Assembly: GCA_951406725.2 (NCBI GenBank)
Contig: OX597814.1
Coordinates: forward strand, 128,898,001 to 128,962,000
Length of the DNA stretch: 64,000 nt
Source: Octopus vulgaris
Taxonomy: Eukaryota
Direction: 5' to 3'
The notes below the pieces were generated by a model. That model did no database searches. It was not told the DNA's origin and was given only the letters and a program-made list of their open reading frames with translations. Below, piece by piece: positions 13,731 through 24,569 of this stretch (positions are counted from its first letter, which is position 1; the number at the start of each line of letters is the position of its first letter). Both the position numbers and the translations under genes were made by a program.

Positions 13731-14042
13731 GTGGAGGTGCAATGGCCCAGTGTTTAGGGCAGCGGACTCGCAGTCGTAGGATCGCGGTTTCGATTCCCAG
13801 ACTGGGCGTTGTGAGTGTTTATTGAGCGAAAACACCTAAAGCTCCACTAGGCTCTAGCAGGGGGTGGTGACGATCTCTGCTGTACTCCTTCGCCACAACT
13901 TTCTCTCAATCTTTCTTCTGTTGGCCTGCTCATTTAGCCAGCGGGGTGGTGTCATTAGAAGGCTAAAACAATGCAAAGCGCATTGTGACCAGCGATGTGT
14001 AGCAATATCTCATAGCCTGGTTGGTCAGGTGATCACGTGATA
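13731..14042 (+). mobile_element. SINE family C variant with a different 3' half
   Basis: Same head for about 190 bp, then an unrelated tail ending ggtgatcacgtgata; TSD tataaaggt. Confidence 0.85.
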
Positions 14043-14479
14043 TATAAAGGTATGGTGTGATTTTATGGAGAGTTGGCTGCTATTTCTAACAGCTTGAGCA
14101 ACTACATTGAGGCATCCTTCTTTGACTAGACTAGCTGTGATAGTGAAAATGTGTAATGAGCAAATATTGAATAAAAGAAAAAGATTTCTAATTAAATAAT
14201 AGTTCTTTAGATCTTTAGAAGAGGTGAGTAGATGAGAAAAATCTTTGTCTTGATTTGGGCATTTCTCTTTCTTAGATATATTTCAAAGATGAAATCACTC
14301 ATAAGGCATTGGTTGGTCCTGGCCTAAAGTCGAAGACAATTGCCCAAGATGCCAAGCAGTGGCACTGAACACATGATTTCAAAGTGAGCTTCTTAGCCAC
14401 ACAGCCATGCCTGCAGCTGTATGGTCTTTTTTCTGTTAAAAAGACTGAGTATATTACAAAATGCTTAACACACGATACT

Positions 14480-14701
14480 AATATTGGTTTCAAACTTTGG
14501 GACAGGGCCATCAAGTTTGGGGGAGGGTGTAAGTAGATTACAGTGACCCCAGCACTCAACTGGTACTTTAGTTTATCAACCCCAAATAGATGAAAGACAA
14601 AGTTGACCTTGGTGGAATTTGAACTGAGAATGCAAGAATGGACAAAATGCCATTAAGCATTTTGCCTGGTATGCTCATGATTCTGCCAGCTCGCCTCCTT
14701 A
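14480..14701 (-). mobile_element. Family B-related SINE with a different 3' tail
   Basis: Same head and central domain as family B; tail ccaaagtttgaaaccaatatta; related copy at 51300-51514. Confidence 0.7.
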
Positions 14702-15057
14702 GCACACAATGTTAATAATAGCAACAGGCCAATTCAGTAAGGGGAACTCTCCGTCAGGTGAGAGAAATTCCTTCCCTTTAGGTGAAATTTCTCCCACATT
14801 AATTTTTGAAACCATCCATTGACAAATTTGATTAAAAATCTATGTGAAAAATGATTTAAACCTTGATGAACAAAATGGAAATTTGATACAAGTTTAGTAG
14901 AGGATACTTCATGTAATTATGATAGCCGTTTGTCCATCCAACAGACAAATACTCGCATTTACAACAGTTTTGTATGAATCACAAGCCTAAGTTAATCTTG
15001 AAGGGATTTGAATTCAGAACATAAAACTCTATACTTGAAACATTTTGTATGACAATT

Positions 15058-15596
15058 CTTATTTCTTTATTGCCCACAAGGGGCTAAACTTAGAGGGGAC
15101 AAACAAGGACAGACAAAGGGATTAAGTCGATTATATCGACCCCAGTGCGTAACTGGTACTTCATTTATCAACCCCAAAAGGATGAAAGGCAAAGTTGACC
15201 TCGGTAGAATTTGAACTCAGAACATAATGGCAGATGAAATACCGCTAAGCATTTCACCTGGCATGCTAACGTTTCTGCCGCTTGCCGCCTTAAGAAATGA
15301 AAATGGAATGTAGCGGCAGATAAAATACCGCTAAGCATTTCACCCAGTGTGCTAACGTTTCGTATTTCTTTATTGCTCACAAGGGGCTAAACACAGAGAG
15401 GACAAACAAAGACAGACAAAGGGATTAAGTCGATTACATCGATCCCAGTGTGTAACAGGAACTTAATTTATTGACCCCGAAAGTATGAAAGGCAAAGTTG
15501 ACCTCGGCGGAATTTGAACTCAGAACATAACGGCAGACGAAATACCGCTAAGCATTTCTCCCTGCATGCTAATGTTTCTGCCAGCTCGCCGCCTTT
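15058..15596 (-). mobile_element. SINE family B cluster (two units plus a partial head)
   Basis: Repeated tttctttattgcccacaaggggctaaac...gctcgccgcctt. Confidence 0.88.
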
Positions 15597-15829
15597 AAAC
15601 TCCTTACCAGAAATAGCAGCTAAACAGCTTATAAAGGACATTTTGCTGTCCTAATATAATGAAGGACATGTAAAAGTAGGGCATTGACACTGTCTTGAAT
15701 AGACAGCAAATGGAGGGGTGATAGTCTCAATGGAATGTCTTTGATTAGAGGTCTACTTGATTAGAGATAACCTGGAGCCAAACAGCGACCACCATCACTG
15801 CCACTATCATAAGTCATCCACCTTATTAA

Positions 15830-16050
15830 CCCTTTTCTTACTGTATTTATTTTGAGATACTCTGTGTTTCTTTAAATCACTTTAAATATGACAAAGAATT
15901 TAGTAAAATAACTTGGTTATCATTCAGCTAGTGTTAGGAACATAAATTGTGACTAAGGTTTAGTGGAAGATTTTAATTCAAAACTTATGAAAACAAGACT
16001 TTTGTACTACAGAACCAGAGCCAGTTTCAGCCGGGTTGGTAATGAAAGGG
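15830..16050. mobile_element. piggyBac-type MITE (about 220 bp)
   Basis: TTAA-ccctttt...gaaaggg-TTAA; homologous to the copies at 51072, 60313 and 60524. Confidence 0.85.
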
Positions 16051-17760
16051 TTAAATATGAGAAATTGAGGAAATGAATGTAGAATACATATTGCAAGATA
16101 GAATCTGAGAATAAGGCAGTGTATCAGTGTGTATATAAAACATACACACACACACTAGTCTGCCTAGGAAAGTGGTACTTTAGTCATATATCCACTATAC
16201 CTCCCTCATAGACTATATTGTATTTTGGACAGATTTCTGTCAGAAAGAAAGAAAAAGTGGGGGAAGAGAGGTTGTGTGAAGTAGATTGAAGTTAATTGTG
16301 GTGAGGTGAGTGGGGAGATAAACGAGATGAGATGAGTTAAGGAGAGGTGAACTGATGAGGTGGGATGGAATTAGATGGGAATGTATGTGAGCAAGAATGA
16401 AGTTCAGTGAAGTGTAGGAAGAGGGAGATATAAGTGTTCCTCGTATTGTCTTGGCACATATTTCTTCAAAATCTTATTTCATGATGAGTCTATTCATAGC
16501 TTTAAATTGATTTCTTTCACGATGTAAAACCATCTTGAAGGCAACGTGAGCTCTCGCTGTTTGTCTCAATTGATGATAGCCAAAAATAAAATAGTTGTAA
16601 CAGATTAGTATCTACTTCATTTACTGTTAATATCTTACACATTTACACTCATGTGTACTTACAAACATGCATGTACACTTGCACATACTTCCACACAAAG
16701 CTGTCTCTCTCTATAAATATGTATATGCAATGTTATGCATTTTCAAATACTGTCAGTTCATAAGTCTCTCTTTCAACTTTATATCTTGTATTGAGTTCTT
16801 CATTTAGTTTTTGAATATGAACAATTTACCTAATACATGTATGTATGTGTGTAAGAGAAAAGTGAATGCTTTTATAATGCTAAAATCTGGTTGTTTGGAT
16901 TCGTCTTATGTCACATTCCTGGCAAAAATGTCTAATTCTTTCTACAAACTTCCTTTCAAATTTAATCATGTGTCTTAAGGTAAATAATATTATTTATTTT
17001 AATCTCAGTTTATGAAAACATTGCAAGTGATATGTATCAAACTAGCGCGCGTGCGTATAAAATATGACGGACTCTCCTGTCAAAAACATGATTATTCAGC
17101 TTTTGCCAAATGACCTGCATAAATGATTTGTATATAGTGATAAAATGTATATGCCATACATTAGCTTACTTTCTCCGTCAAATTAACATAGCCTGAAGAG
17201 GTGCATGGTGTACATTATGTCATGTGTTGAAGTGACAGTAGAGCAAAGTGTGATGAAGTGTTTTGCTCAAGAACACAATGCACCACTGGTTTAGGAATTG
17301 AAACCATGGTCCCGTAATCGTGAGTTCAACATCCTAACTATTAGGTCATACATAATCATTATTCTAACACCCATTTTTCCATACTTGCATGGGTTGGATG
17401 GAGGTAGATTTTCTATGGCTGGATACCCTTCCTGTAGACGACCCTTATCTGTTTCCAAGCAGGGTAATATTTCCCTATGGTCATACTTGTTTTTGCAGAA
17501 TACTGGAAATTAGTGATAGTCATATACACCAATCATGGGATGTCAAGATGAGGAGACACTCTCACACATACACATATATAAGTGTTCCTCGCTGTTGTTC
17601 CTTCGAGGTGACCCCGCCCTCCCTCCCACCCATCCACCAGAACCGGAAGTTTCTGTTTTCTATCTTTCTTGACCCCCCCCGCACCCCTATGTAGGGTTTA
17701 TTGTGATCATATAGCGCAAAAACTGTGAAATTTATGCAGGTTGTAGTCTAGAGTCTCAGT

Positions 17761-20700
17761 ATGATATCTGGCAAATGCAAGCTTTCTTTTCAGGTACATA
17801 ACACTGCTGTCCCTCATCCCAGGGTCTCAGAGGCCCACACCTCCCACACCCTCAACGTTGGCACGCTGAAAGGTAGGTCTGGCGAGATAGTCGAGATGCT
17901 TGAACGGAGACGTGTTGATGTATGTTGTATGCAAGAAATAAGGTGGAGAGGAGGATCTGCTAGGGTCCTCACAGGCAAGGAACACAGGTACAAGATTTTC
18001 TGGGCAGGGAACACTGACGGGGTTGGTGGCGTGGGTATACTTATCGCTGAGAAATGGATAGATAGAGTAATTGAGGTAATCAGAGTAAGTGACAGAATAC
18101 TTAAGATTAGAATAGTGCTTCATAATAGATTAGCAACCATTATATCGGCCTATGCCCCTCAGCCAGGGCTACCCGATGGACAGAAAGACAGTTTCTATGA
18201 CACCCTACTGCAGACCACCTCATCGACGAACGACAGGGACCTTCTCTTTGTGGCTGGTGATTTCAATGGGCATGTTGGACGACATGCTGGGGGCTTCCAT
18301 GGCGTACATGGAGGCTACGGTTATGGTTCCCGCAACGAGGAGGGAACCAGGCTGCTGGAGTTCTGCGATGCGAATAGTCTTATGGTCTGCAACACTAACT
18401 TCAGGAAACCAACAAGCCACCTGGTCACCTACCGATCGGGCCGGCATACTAGCCAAATCGACTACATCCTTGCCAGAAAAAGGGAAAGATGGCTGCTTAT
18501 AAATGCCAAAACCTTCCCAGGCGAAGAATGCACCCCACAACATAGACTGGTAGTTAGTGACTTTAGGATCAGGACTAAGAGGGCGACTAGAAGACGACCA
18601 ACATGGAGAAGAAGGGTCTGGAAGCTTAAAGCCCCTGCGAATGGACAGAGATTTAGAGATATGTTACTTGAAGCCTTTGACGAAGTGGAAGGGGGTATAG
18701 CTACACATGGGGTAGAAGACAACTGGACGTTTCTGAGGGACAACCTGCTGAAAGCCGCTGACCAGATCTGTGGCTGGTGCAAAGTCCCCTTAAGACCCAA
18801 AATAACGTGGTGGTGGAACAATATTGTTGACAGGGCTATTAGACAAAAGAAACAGGCTTGGAAGGCCTGGAAGAACGGTGGTAGCAGGGAAGGGTATCAG
18901 ACTGCCAGAAGGGAAGCTAGGAGACAGGTCTATCTAGCCAGAGGGGAAGCAGATAAGAGAAAATTTGCCAATGTCCTGCGCCGTGAGGATGAAAGACTTG
19001 AGGTATTTCGTGTTGCAAGACAGTGTGTGAGAGAGAATCGTGATGTGGTAGGAGAGAAATGTGTTCGCATGGAGGATGGTTCACTTGCGCTAAATGAGGA
19101 TGCAAAGAGAGAAGCTTGGAGATGCCACTATGAAAGGTTACTGAATGAGGAAAATGAATGGGATAAAGAGAGTCTGCCGAATGTTGACCCTACAGAGGGA
19201 CCAGCTATCCGAGTTGATAGTTCCGTGGTAGCTAAGGCAATTAGAAGCATGAAGACAGGGAAAGCCCCAGGCCCATCAGGAATTACTGCAGAGATGCTCA
19301 AAATATCTGGCAGTGTCGGCTATAACCTAGTCACCCGTATAGTCAACCAGGTGATACACGAAGGAGTCATACCCAATGACTGGTGCAGCAGCATACTAGT
19401 CAACTGCTACAAAGGTAAAGGTGATGCCCTAGATACAAATAATTACAGAGGTATCAAGCTGTTGGATCAAGTAATGAAGGTTACGGAGAGGGTCATAGCC
19501 CAACTAATTAGAGAGAGAGTTAGTTTAGATGAGATGCAGTTTGGGTTCGTGCCAGGGAAAAGTACCACTGATGCTATATTCCTGGTAAGGCAGCTGCAGG
19601 AGAAATACCTAGCCAAAGATAAGCCCCTGTACCTGGCTTTCGTTGACATGGAGAAAGCTTTTGATAGGGTCCCCCGATCCCTTATCTGGTGGTCAATGAG
19701 GAAACTAGGGATAGATGAATGGCTGGTGAGGACTGTGCAAGCCATGTACAGAGATGCCGTAAGTAAGGTTAGGGTTGGCAACATGTACACAGAAGAATTC
19801 AAAGTAGAGGTTGGGGTCCACCAGGGTTCAGTACTCAGCCCCCTCCTATTTATCATAGTACTCCAGGCAATTACGGAGGAATTCAAGACAGGCTGTCCCT
19901 GGGAGCTCCTCTACGCTGACGACCTTGCTCTTATTGCTGAGTCACTATCAGAACTGGAGGAGAAGTTCCAGGTGTGGAAGGAGGGTTTAGAATCAAGGGG
20001 CCTTAGAGTCAACCTAGCTAAAACCAAAGTACTAATAAGTAGAAAGGTAGACAATCCACAAATATCTTCAGGAAGATGGCCCTGCTCGATCTGTAGAAAA
20101 GGTGTAGGTAGAAACTCTATAAGATGTACCCAGTGTAAGCTATGGACACATAAGAGGTGCAGCAATGTCAAAGGTAGGCTAACTGGGAAGATAGTTTTTG
20201 TATGTGGCAGATGCTCGGGAGCATTAACCTCCGAAAATCTGCAGAAAACAACTTCCGTCACTTTCCAGGGGGAAAAACTAGAAGTAGTTGATAGCTTCCG
20301 TTATCTAGGTGACCAAGTCAGTAGTGGGGGTGGGTGCGCTGAAAGTGTAACTGCTAGAATAAGAATAGCCTGGGCAAAGTTTAGGGAGCTCTTACCTCTG
20401 CTGGTGACTAAAGGCCTCTCGCTCAGAGTAAAAGGCAGACTGTATGATGCGTGTGTACGAACAGCCATGCTACATGGCAGCGAAACATGGGCCGTGACTG
20501 CTGAGGACATGCGTAAGCTCGTGAGGAATGAAGCCAGTATGCTCCGATGGATGTGTAATGTCAGTGTACATACTCGACAGAGCGTTAGCACCTTGAGAGA
20601 AATGTTGTACCTAAGAAGCATCAGTTGTGGTGTGCAAGAGAGACGATTGCGCTGGTATGGTCATGTGGCGAGAATGGATGAAGATAGGTGTGTGAGAAAG

Positions 20701-20868
20701 TGCCAATCCCTAGCAGTTGAGGGAACCCGTGGAAGAGGTAGACCCAGGAAAACCTGGGACGAGGTGGTGAAGCACGACCTTCGAACTTTAGGCCTCACTG
20801 AGGAAATCACCAGAGACCGAGACCTTTGGAAATATTCTGTACGTGAGAAGACCAGGCAGGACAAGTGA
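17761..20868 (+). CDS. LINE polyprotein: APE-type endonuclease + reverse transcriptase with inserted PHD-like zinc finger
   Basis: EN motifs TLNVGTL, MQEIRW, SAYAPQ, AGDFNGHVG, SQIDYIL, PQHRLV. RT motifs KAPGPSGI, NYRGIKLL, QFGF, FVDMEKAFDRV, GVHQGSVLSPLLF, YADD, FRYLG. RTE-type C-terminus RRLRWYGHV..RGRGRPRKTW. Start codon uncertain. Confidence 0.95.
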   Translation: MISGKCKLSFQVHNTAVPHPRVSEAHTSHTLNVGTLKGRSGEIVEMLERRRVDVCCMQEIRWRGGSARVLTGKEHRYKIFWAGNTDGVGGVGILIAEKWIDRVIEVIRVSDRILKIRIVLHNRLATIISAYAPQPGLPDGQKDSFYDTLLQTTSSTNDRDLLFVAGDFNGHVGRHAGGFHGVHGGYGYGSRNEEGTRLLEFCDANSLMVCNTNFRKPTSHLVTYRSGRHTSQIDYILARKRERWLLINAKTFPGEECTPQHRLVVSDFRIRTKRATRRRPTWRRRVWKLKAPANGQRFRDMLLEAFDEVEGGIATHGVEDNWTFLRDNLLKAADQICGWCKVPLRPKITWWWNNIVDRAIRQKKQAWKAWKNGGSREGYQTARREARRQVYLARGEADKRKFANVLRREDERLEVFRVARQCVRENRDVVGEKCVRMEDGSLALNEDAKREAWRCHYERLLNEENEWDKESLPNVDPTEGPAIRVDSSVVAKAIRSMKTGKAPGPSGITAEMLKISGSVGYNLVTRIVNQVIHEGVIPNDWCSSILVNCYKGKGDALDTNNYRGIKLLDQVMKVTERVIAQLIRERVSLDEMQFGFVPGKSTTDAIFLVRQLQEKYLAKDKPLYLAFVDMEKAFDRVPRSLIWWSMRKLGIDEWLVRTVQAMYRDAVSKVRVGNMYTEEFKVEVGVHQGSVLSPLLFIIVLQAITEEFKTGCPWELLYADDLALIAESLSELEEKFQVWKEGLESRGLRVNLAKTKVLISRKVDNPQISSGRWPCSICRKGVGRNSIRCTQCKLWTHKRCSNVKGRLTGKIVFVCGRCSGALTSENLQKTTSVTFQGEKLEVVDSFRYLGDQVSSGGGCAESVTARIRIAWAKFRELLPLLVTKGLSLRVKGRLYDACVRTAMLHGSETWAVTAEDMRKLVRNEASMLRWMCNVSVHTRQSVSTLREMLYLRSISCGVQERRLRWYGHVARMDEDRCVRKCQSLAVEGTRGRGRPRKTWDEVVKHDLRTLGLTEEITRDRDLWKYSVREKTRQDK

Positions 20869-20953
20869 GCCCAGCCCACTTATGAATGCCTTTCCTCCCT
20901 TGGACACAAAGACCGGTTGAGGCAAGCGAAGTCGATATAGAACCTCATCCGAC

Positions 20954-21405
20954 GACAGACACCCATGCCAACCCCCCATGCTTGCGAAGACATGTTGGGG
21001 CAAGCGAAATCGAAATCGAAACCGAATTGAACCAGCCAGGATCCCTGGCCTGGTGGTACGTAAAAAGCACTATCCGACTCGTGGCCGTGGCACGTAAAAT
21101 ACTCCAATGCAACCGTACGACAGGCACCCATGCCAACCCCCTTTGCTTGTGAAGACATGTTGGGGCAAGCGAAATCGAAATCAAATTGAACCAGCCAGGA
21201 TCCCTGGTCTGGTGGTACGTAAAAAGCACTATCCGACTCGTGGCCGTGGCACGTAAAATACCCCAATGCGACCGTATGACAGGCACCCTTGCCAACCCCC
21301 TTTGCTTGTGAAGACATGTTGGGGCAAGCGAAATCGAAATCGAATTGAACCAGCCAGGATCCCTGGTCTGGTGGTACGTAAAAAGCACTATCCGACTCGT
21401 GGCCG
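20954..21405 (+). repeat. Tandem repeat in LINE 3' UTR, about 160-165 bp x 2.8
   Basis: Units start at 20954, 21119 and 21278 (gacaggcacccatgccaacccc...gaagacatgttggggcaagcgaaatcgaaatc...). Confidence 0.93.
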
Positions 21406-22624
21406 ATGCCAGCACCGCCTCAACTGGCTTCCGTGCCGGTGGCACATAAAATACACCAATCTGACCGTGGCCGTTGCCAGCCCCGCCTGGCACCTGTGCA
21501 GGTGGCACGTAAAAAGCACCCACTACACTCACGGAGTGGTTGGCGTTAGGAAGGGCATCCAGCTGTAGAAACATTGCCAGATTAGACTGGAGCCTGGTGC
21601 AGCCTTCTGGCTTCCCAGAACCCCGGTCGAACCGTCCAACCCATGCTAGCATGGAGAACGGACGTTAAACGACGATGATGATGTATTGTCTTGGCACATA
21701 TTTCTTCAAAATCTTATTTCATGATGAGTCTATTCATAGCTTTAAATTGATTTTCTTACATACAGTTTCTATCTACCAAATTCATTCACAAGGCATTGAT
21801 CATCCAGGGGCTAGAGCAGAAGATAAGATTTTGAAGACAATACGAGGAACACTTATATATACGTGTATTTGTGAGAGTGTCTCCTTATCTTGACATCCCA
21901 TGATTGGTGTATATGACTGTCACTAATTTCCAGTGTTCTGCAAAAACAAATATGACCATAGGGAAATATTACCCTGCTTGGAAACAGATAAGGGTTGTCT
22001 ACAGGAAGGGTATCTAGCCGTAGGAAATGTACAATGCACAAATACAGTTTCCTTTGAGTTTCCAGCTAACAACTCCACTCACTGGGCATTTGGTTGACCT
22101 GGCACTATTGTAGAAAACACATGCCCATGGTGCAATGCGGTGGTACTTGATCCTAAACCTTGTGTTGGGAAGCAAACTGTTTAACCTCACAGCCATGCCA
22201 GACACACACACATGCACACAGATTAAACCTATATTTACCAAGAGCTAACTTAGAAGTTCAAAGCAGTAATTTATATATATTTTCAATAAGCTTAAGTAGA
22301 ATCAAATTCAAATGACCTATCAACATAGAATCAAAATCTGTGTATACATTAGGACTTGAAGCCGTATTTTCTGAGTGAACTGTTTTGCTCTCTCTCACAC
22401 TCACACATATGCATATATATATATACACACATATGTGTGTGTGTGTATATATTTTTATGCACTGATACATATCAGTAGGGAAATTTCAGTTAATATTTCA
22501 GAGAGAGCTTTCAGTACACAGCTCCTTAACTTATCCAAGTTCATGTCATTAGCCTATATGAGTTATTTCCTTTGAGCTCATTTTAATTTTTAATTATATT
22601 TATTCATAACATTTTTCTGTACAT

Positions 22625-22787
22625 GCAGGAGTGGCTCTGTGGTAAGTAGTTTGCTTACGAACCACATGGTTCCGGGTTCAGTCCCACTGCGTGCCACCTT
22701 GGGCAAGTGTCTTCTACCATAGCCTCAGGCCGACCAAAGCCTTGTGAGTGGATTTTGTTGACTGTGGTATGTATGTATGTATGTATG

Positions 22788-22822
<35 letters not shown>

Positions 22823-23020
22823 CTGTGTTTGTCCCCCACCCCCAACATCGCTTGACAACCAATGCTGGTATGTTTACGTCCCCGTAACTTAGCGGTTCGG
22901 CAAAAGAGACTGATAGAATAAGTACTGGGCTTACAAAGAATAAGTTATGGGGTCGATGTGCTCGACTAAAGGCAGTGCTTCAGCATGGCCGTAGTCAAAT
23001 GACTGAAACAAGTAAAAGAG
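22625..23020 (+). mobile_element. tRNA-derived SINE family A (internal TA/TG microsatellite)
   Basis: A box ggagtggctctgtggtaag, B box ggttcagtccc, tail aaatgactgaaacaagtaaaagag. Confidence 0.9.
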
Positions 23021-23217
23021 CATGTAATAATCTTTTGTCAAATTATCTCGCCATATTATTCTTTCTGGAGATCATCTCCAAAAATGTGTAGTTTTCCTTG
23101 TAACCATGTGGTTTCAGGTTCAGTCTTATTGTGCAGTACCTTGAGCAAGTATCTTCTGCTCTAGCCCCTGGCTGATCAATGCCTAGTGAATGAATTTGGT
23201 AGATAGAAACTGTATGT

Positions 23218-23634
23218 AAGGCGGTGAGCTGGCAGAAACTTTAACATGCCTGGCGAAATGCATAGCGGTATTTCGTCTGCTGCTACATTCTGAGTTCAAA
23301 TTCCGCCGAGGTCAACTTTGCCTTTCATCCTTTCGGGGTCGATTAAATAAGTACCAGTTACGCACTGGGGTTGATGTAATCGACTTAATCCATGTGTCTG
23401 TCCTTGTTTGTCCCCTCTGTGTTTAGCCCCTTGTGGGTAGTAAAGAAATAGGTATTTCATCTGCTGCTACATTCTGAGTTCAAATTCCACCGAGGTCAAT
23501 TTTGCCTTTCATCCTTTCAGGGTCGATTAAATAAGTACCAGTTATGCACTGGGGTTGATATAATTGACTTAATCCGTTTGTCCATCCTTGTTTGTCCCGT
23601 CTGTGTGTAGCCCCTTGTGGGCAGTAAAGAAATA
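23218..23634 (+). mobile_element. SINE family B dimer inserted in a family A-type SINE
   Basis: Junction aagaaata|ggtatttcatctgc at about 23450; TSD agaaactgt(a/g)tg. Confidence 0.88.
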
Positions 23635-23989
23635 AGAAACTGTGTGGAAGCCTAGTGTGCATGTGTTTGTGTGCCCACTGCTTGACCACCAGTGCTGGTG
23701 TGTTTACATTTTAACTTAGTGGTTTGATAAAAGAGATCATTAGAATAAGTACCAGGCAAAAACAAACACAGGGGATATTTTGTTCAACTAAAACCTTCAA
23801 ATGTTCCAGGATTGCAGTAGTGAAATGACTGAAGCAAATAAGTTAAAACAACTTGAGACAAAAATTGAATTCTTTTGATATCACTGTCAGTAATTATATT
23901 GACAATGACATCAAAAGATATCACTCTTATGGCATACGTTTCATCAAATGATGACCTTATTAACTGAAATAAGTTTTTTTTATTCTTTT

Positions 23990-24381
23990 CATTATTGTTT
24001 TATTTGTTTCGGTCATTTGACTGTGGCCATACTGGCGCATCACCTTTAGTCGAGCAAATTGACACCAGGACTTATTCTCTGTAAGCCTAGTACTTATTCT
24101 ATCAGTCTCTTTTGCCGAACCACTAGGCTACGGGGACGTAAACACACCAGCATCGGTTGTCAAGCGATGTTGGGGGGGGACAAACACAGATACAAACACA
24201 CACACACACACACACATATACGACAGGCTTCTTTCAGTTTCCATCTACCAAATCCACTCACAAGGCTTTGGTTGGCCCTAGGCTATAGTAGAAAACACTT
24301 GCCCAGGGTGCCATGCAGTGGGACTGAACCCAGAACCATGTGGTTGGTAAGCAAGCTACATACCACACAGCCACTCTTGCA
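23990..24381 (-). mobile_element. SINE family A
   Basis: Reverse-complement homology to 22625-23020. Confidence 0.9.
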
Positions 24382-24569
24382 CCATAAGCTTGTAATAAGT
24401 GTCTATAAGCTTGTAATAATGGAGTGTAATCTGATGGTGTGTTGCTTTCAGATCCAGTTTGTTGAATTTGTTGTAGAAATAAAACAAAATCTTCCATATT
24501 AGGAAGTGGGTAAGCAATCCAAAAAGCCCTACTGATTATTGTTTGCTATTATTTGTACAAATTAGCTCT

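Larger units (their letters stand above)
17592..21683 (+). mobile_element. RTE-clade non-LTR retrotransposon (LINE), about 4.1 kb, near-intact
   Basis: Single 1035-aa ORF, long 3' UTR, (GAT)n tail 'gacgttaaacgacgatgatgatg'. Both ends are fixed by an empty-site copy at 16428-16513 (atataagtgttcctcg|tattgtcttggcac). TSD is 0-1 bp. Confidence 0.95.

Noticed and set aside
13731-13805. tRNA-like sequences at SINE heads
   Set aside because: A/B boxes are present but there is no complete cloverleaf; they continue into SINE bodies with TSDs.
17043-17065. gcgcgcgtgcgtataaaa as a TATA promoter
   Set aside because: A single short motif with no supporting downstream gene or CpG island.
17814-20879. Multiple antisense and alternate-frame ORFs within the LINE
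   Set aside because: Shadow ORFs of the real coding frame.
20880-21652. Antisense 235-aa and 145-aa ORFs with repeated peptides
   Set aside because: By-product of the GC-rich tandem array in the LINE 3' UTR; no recognisable domain.
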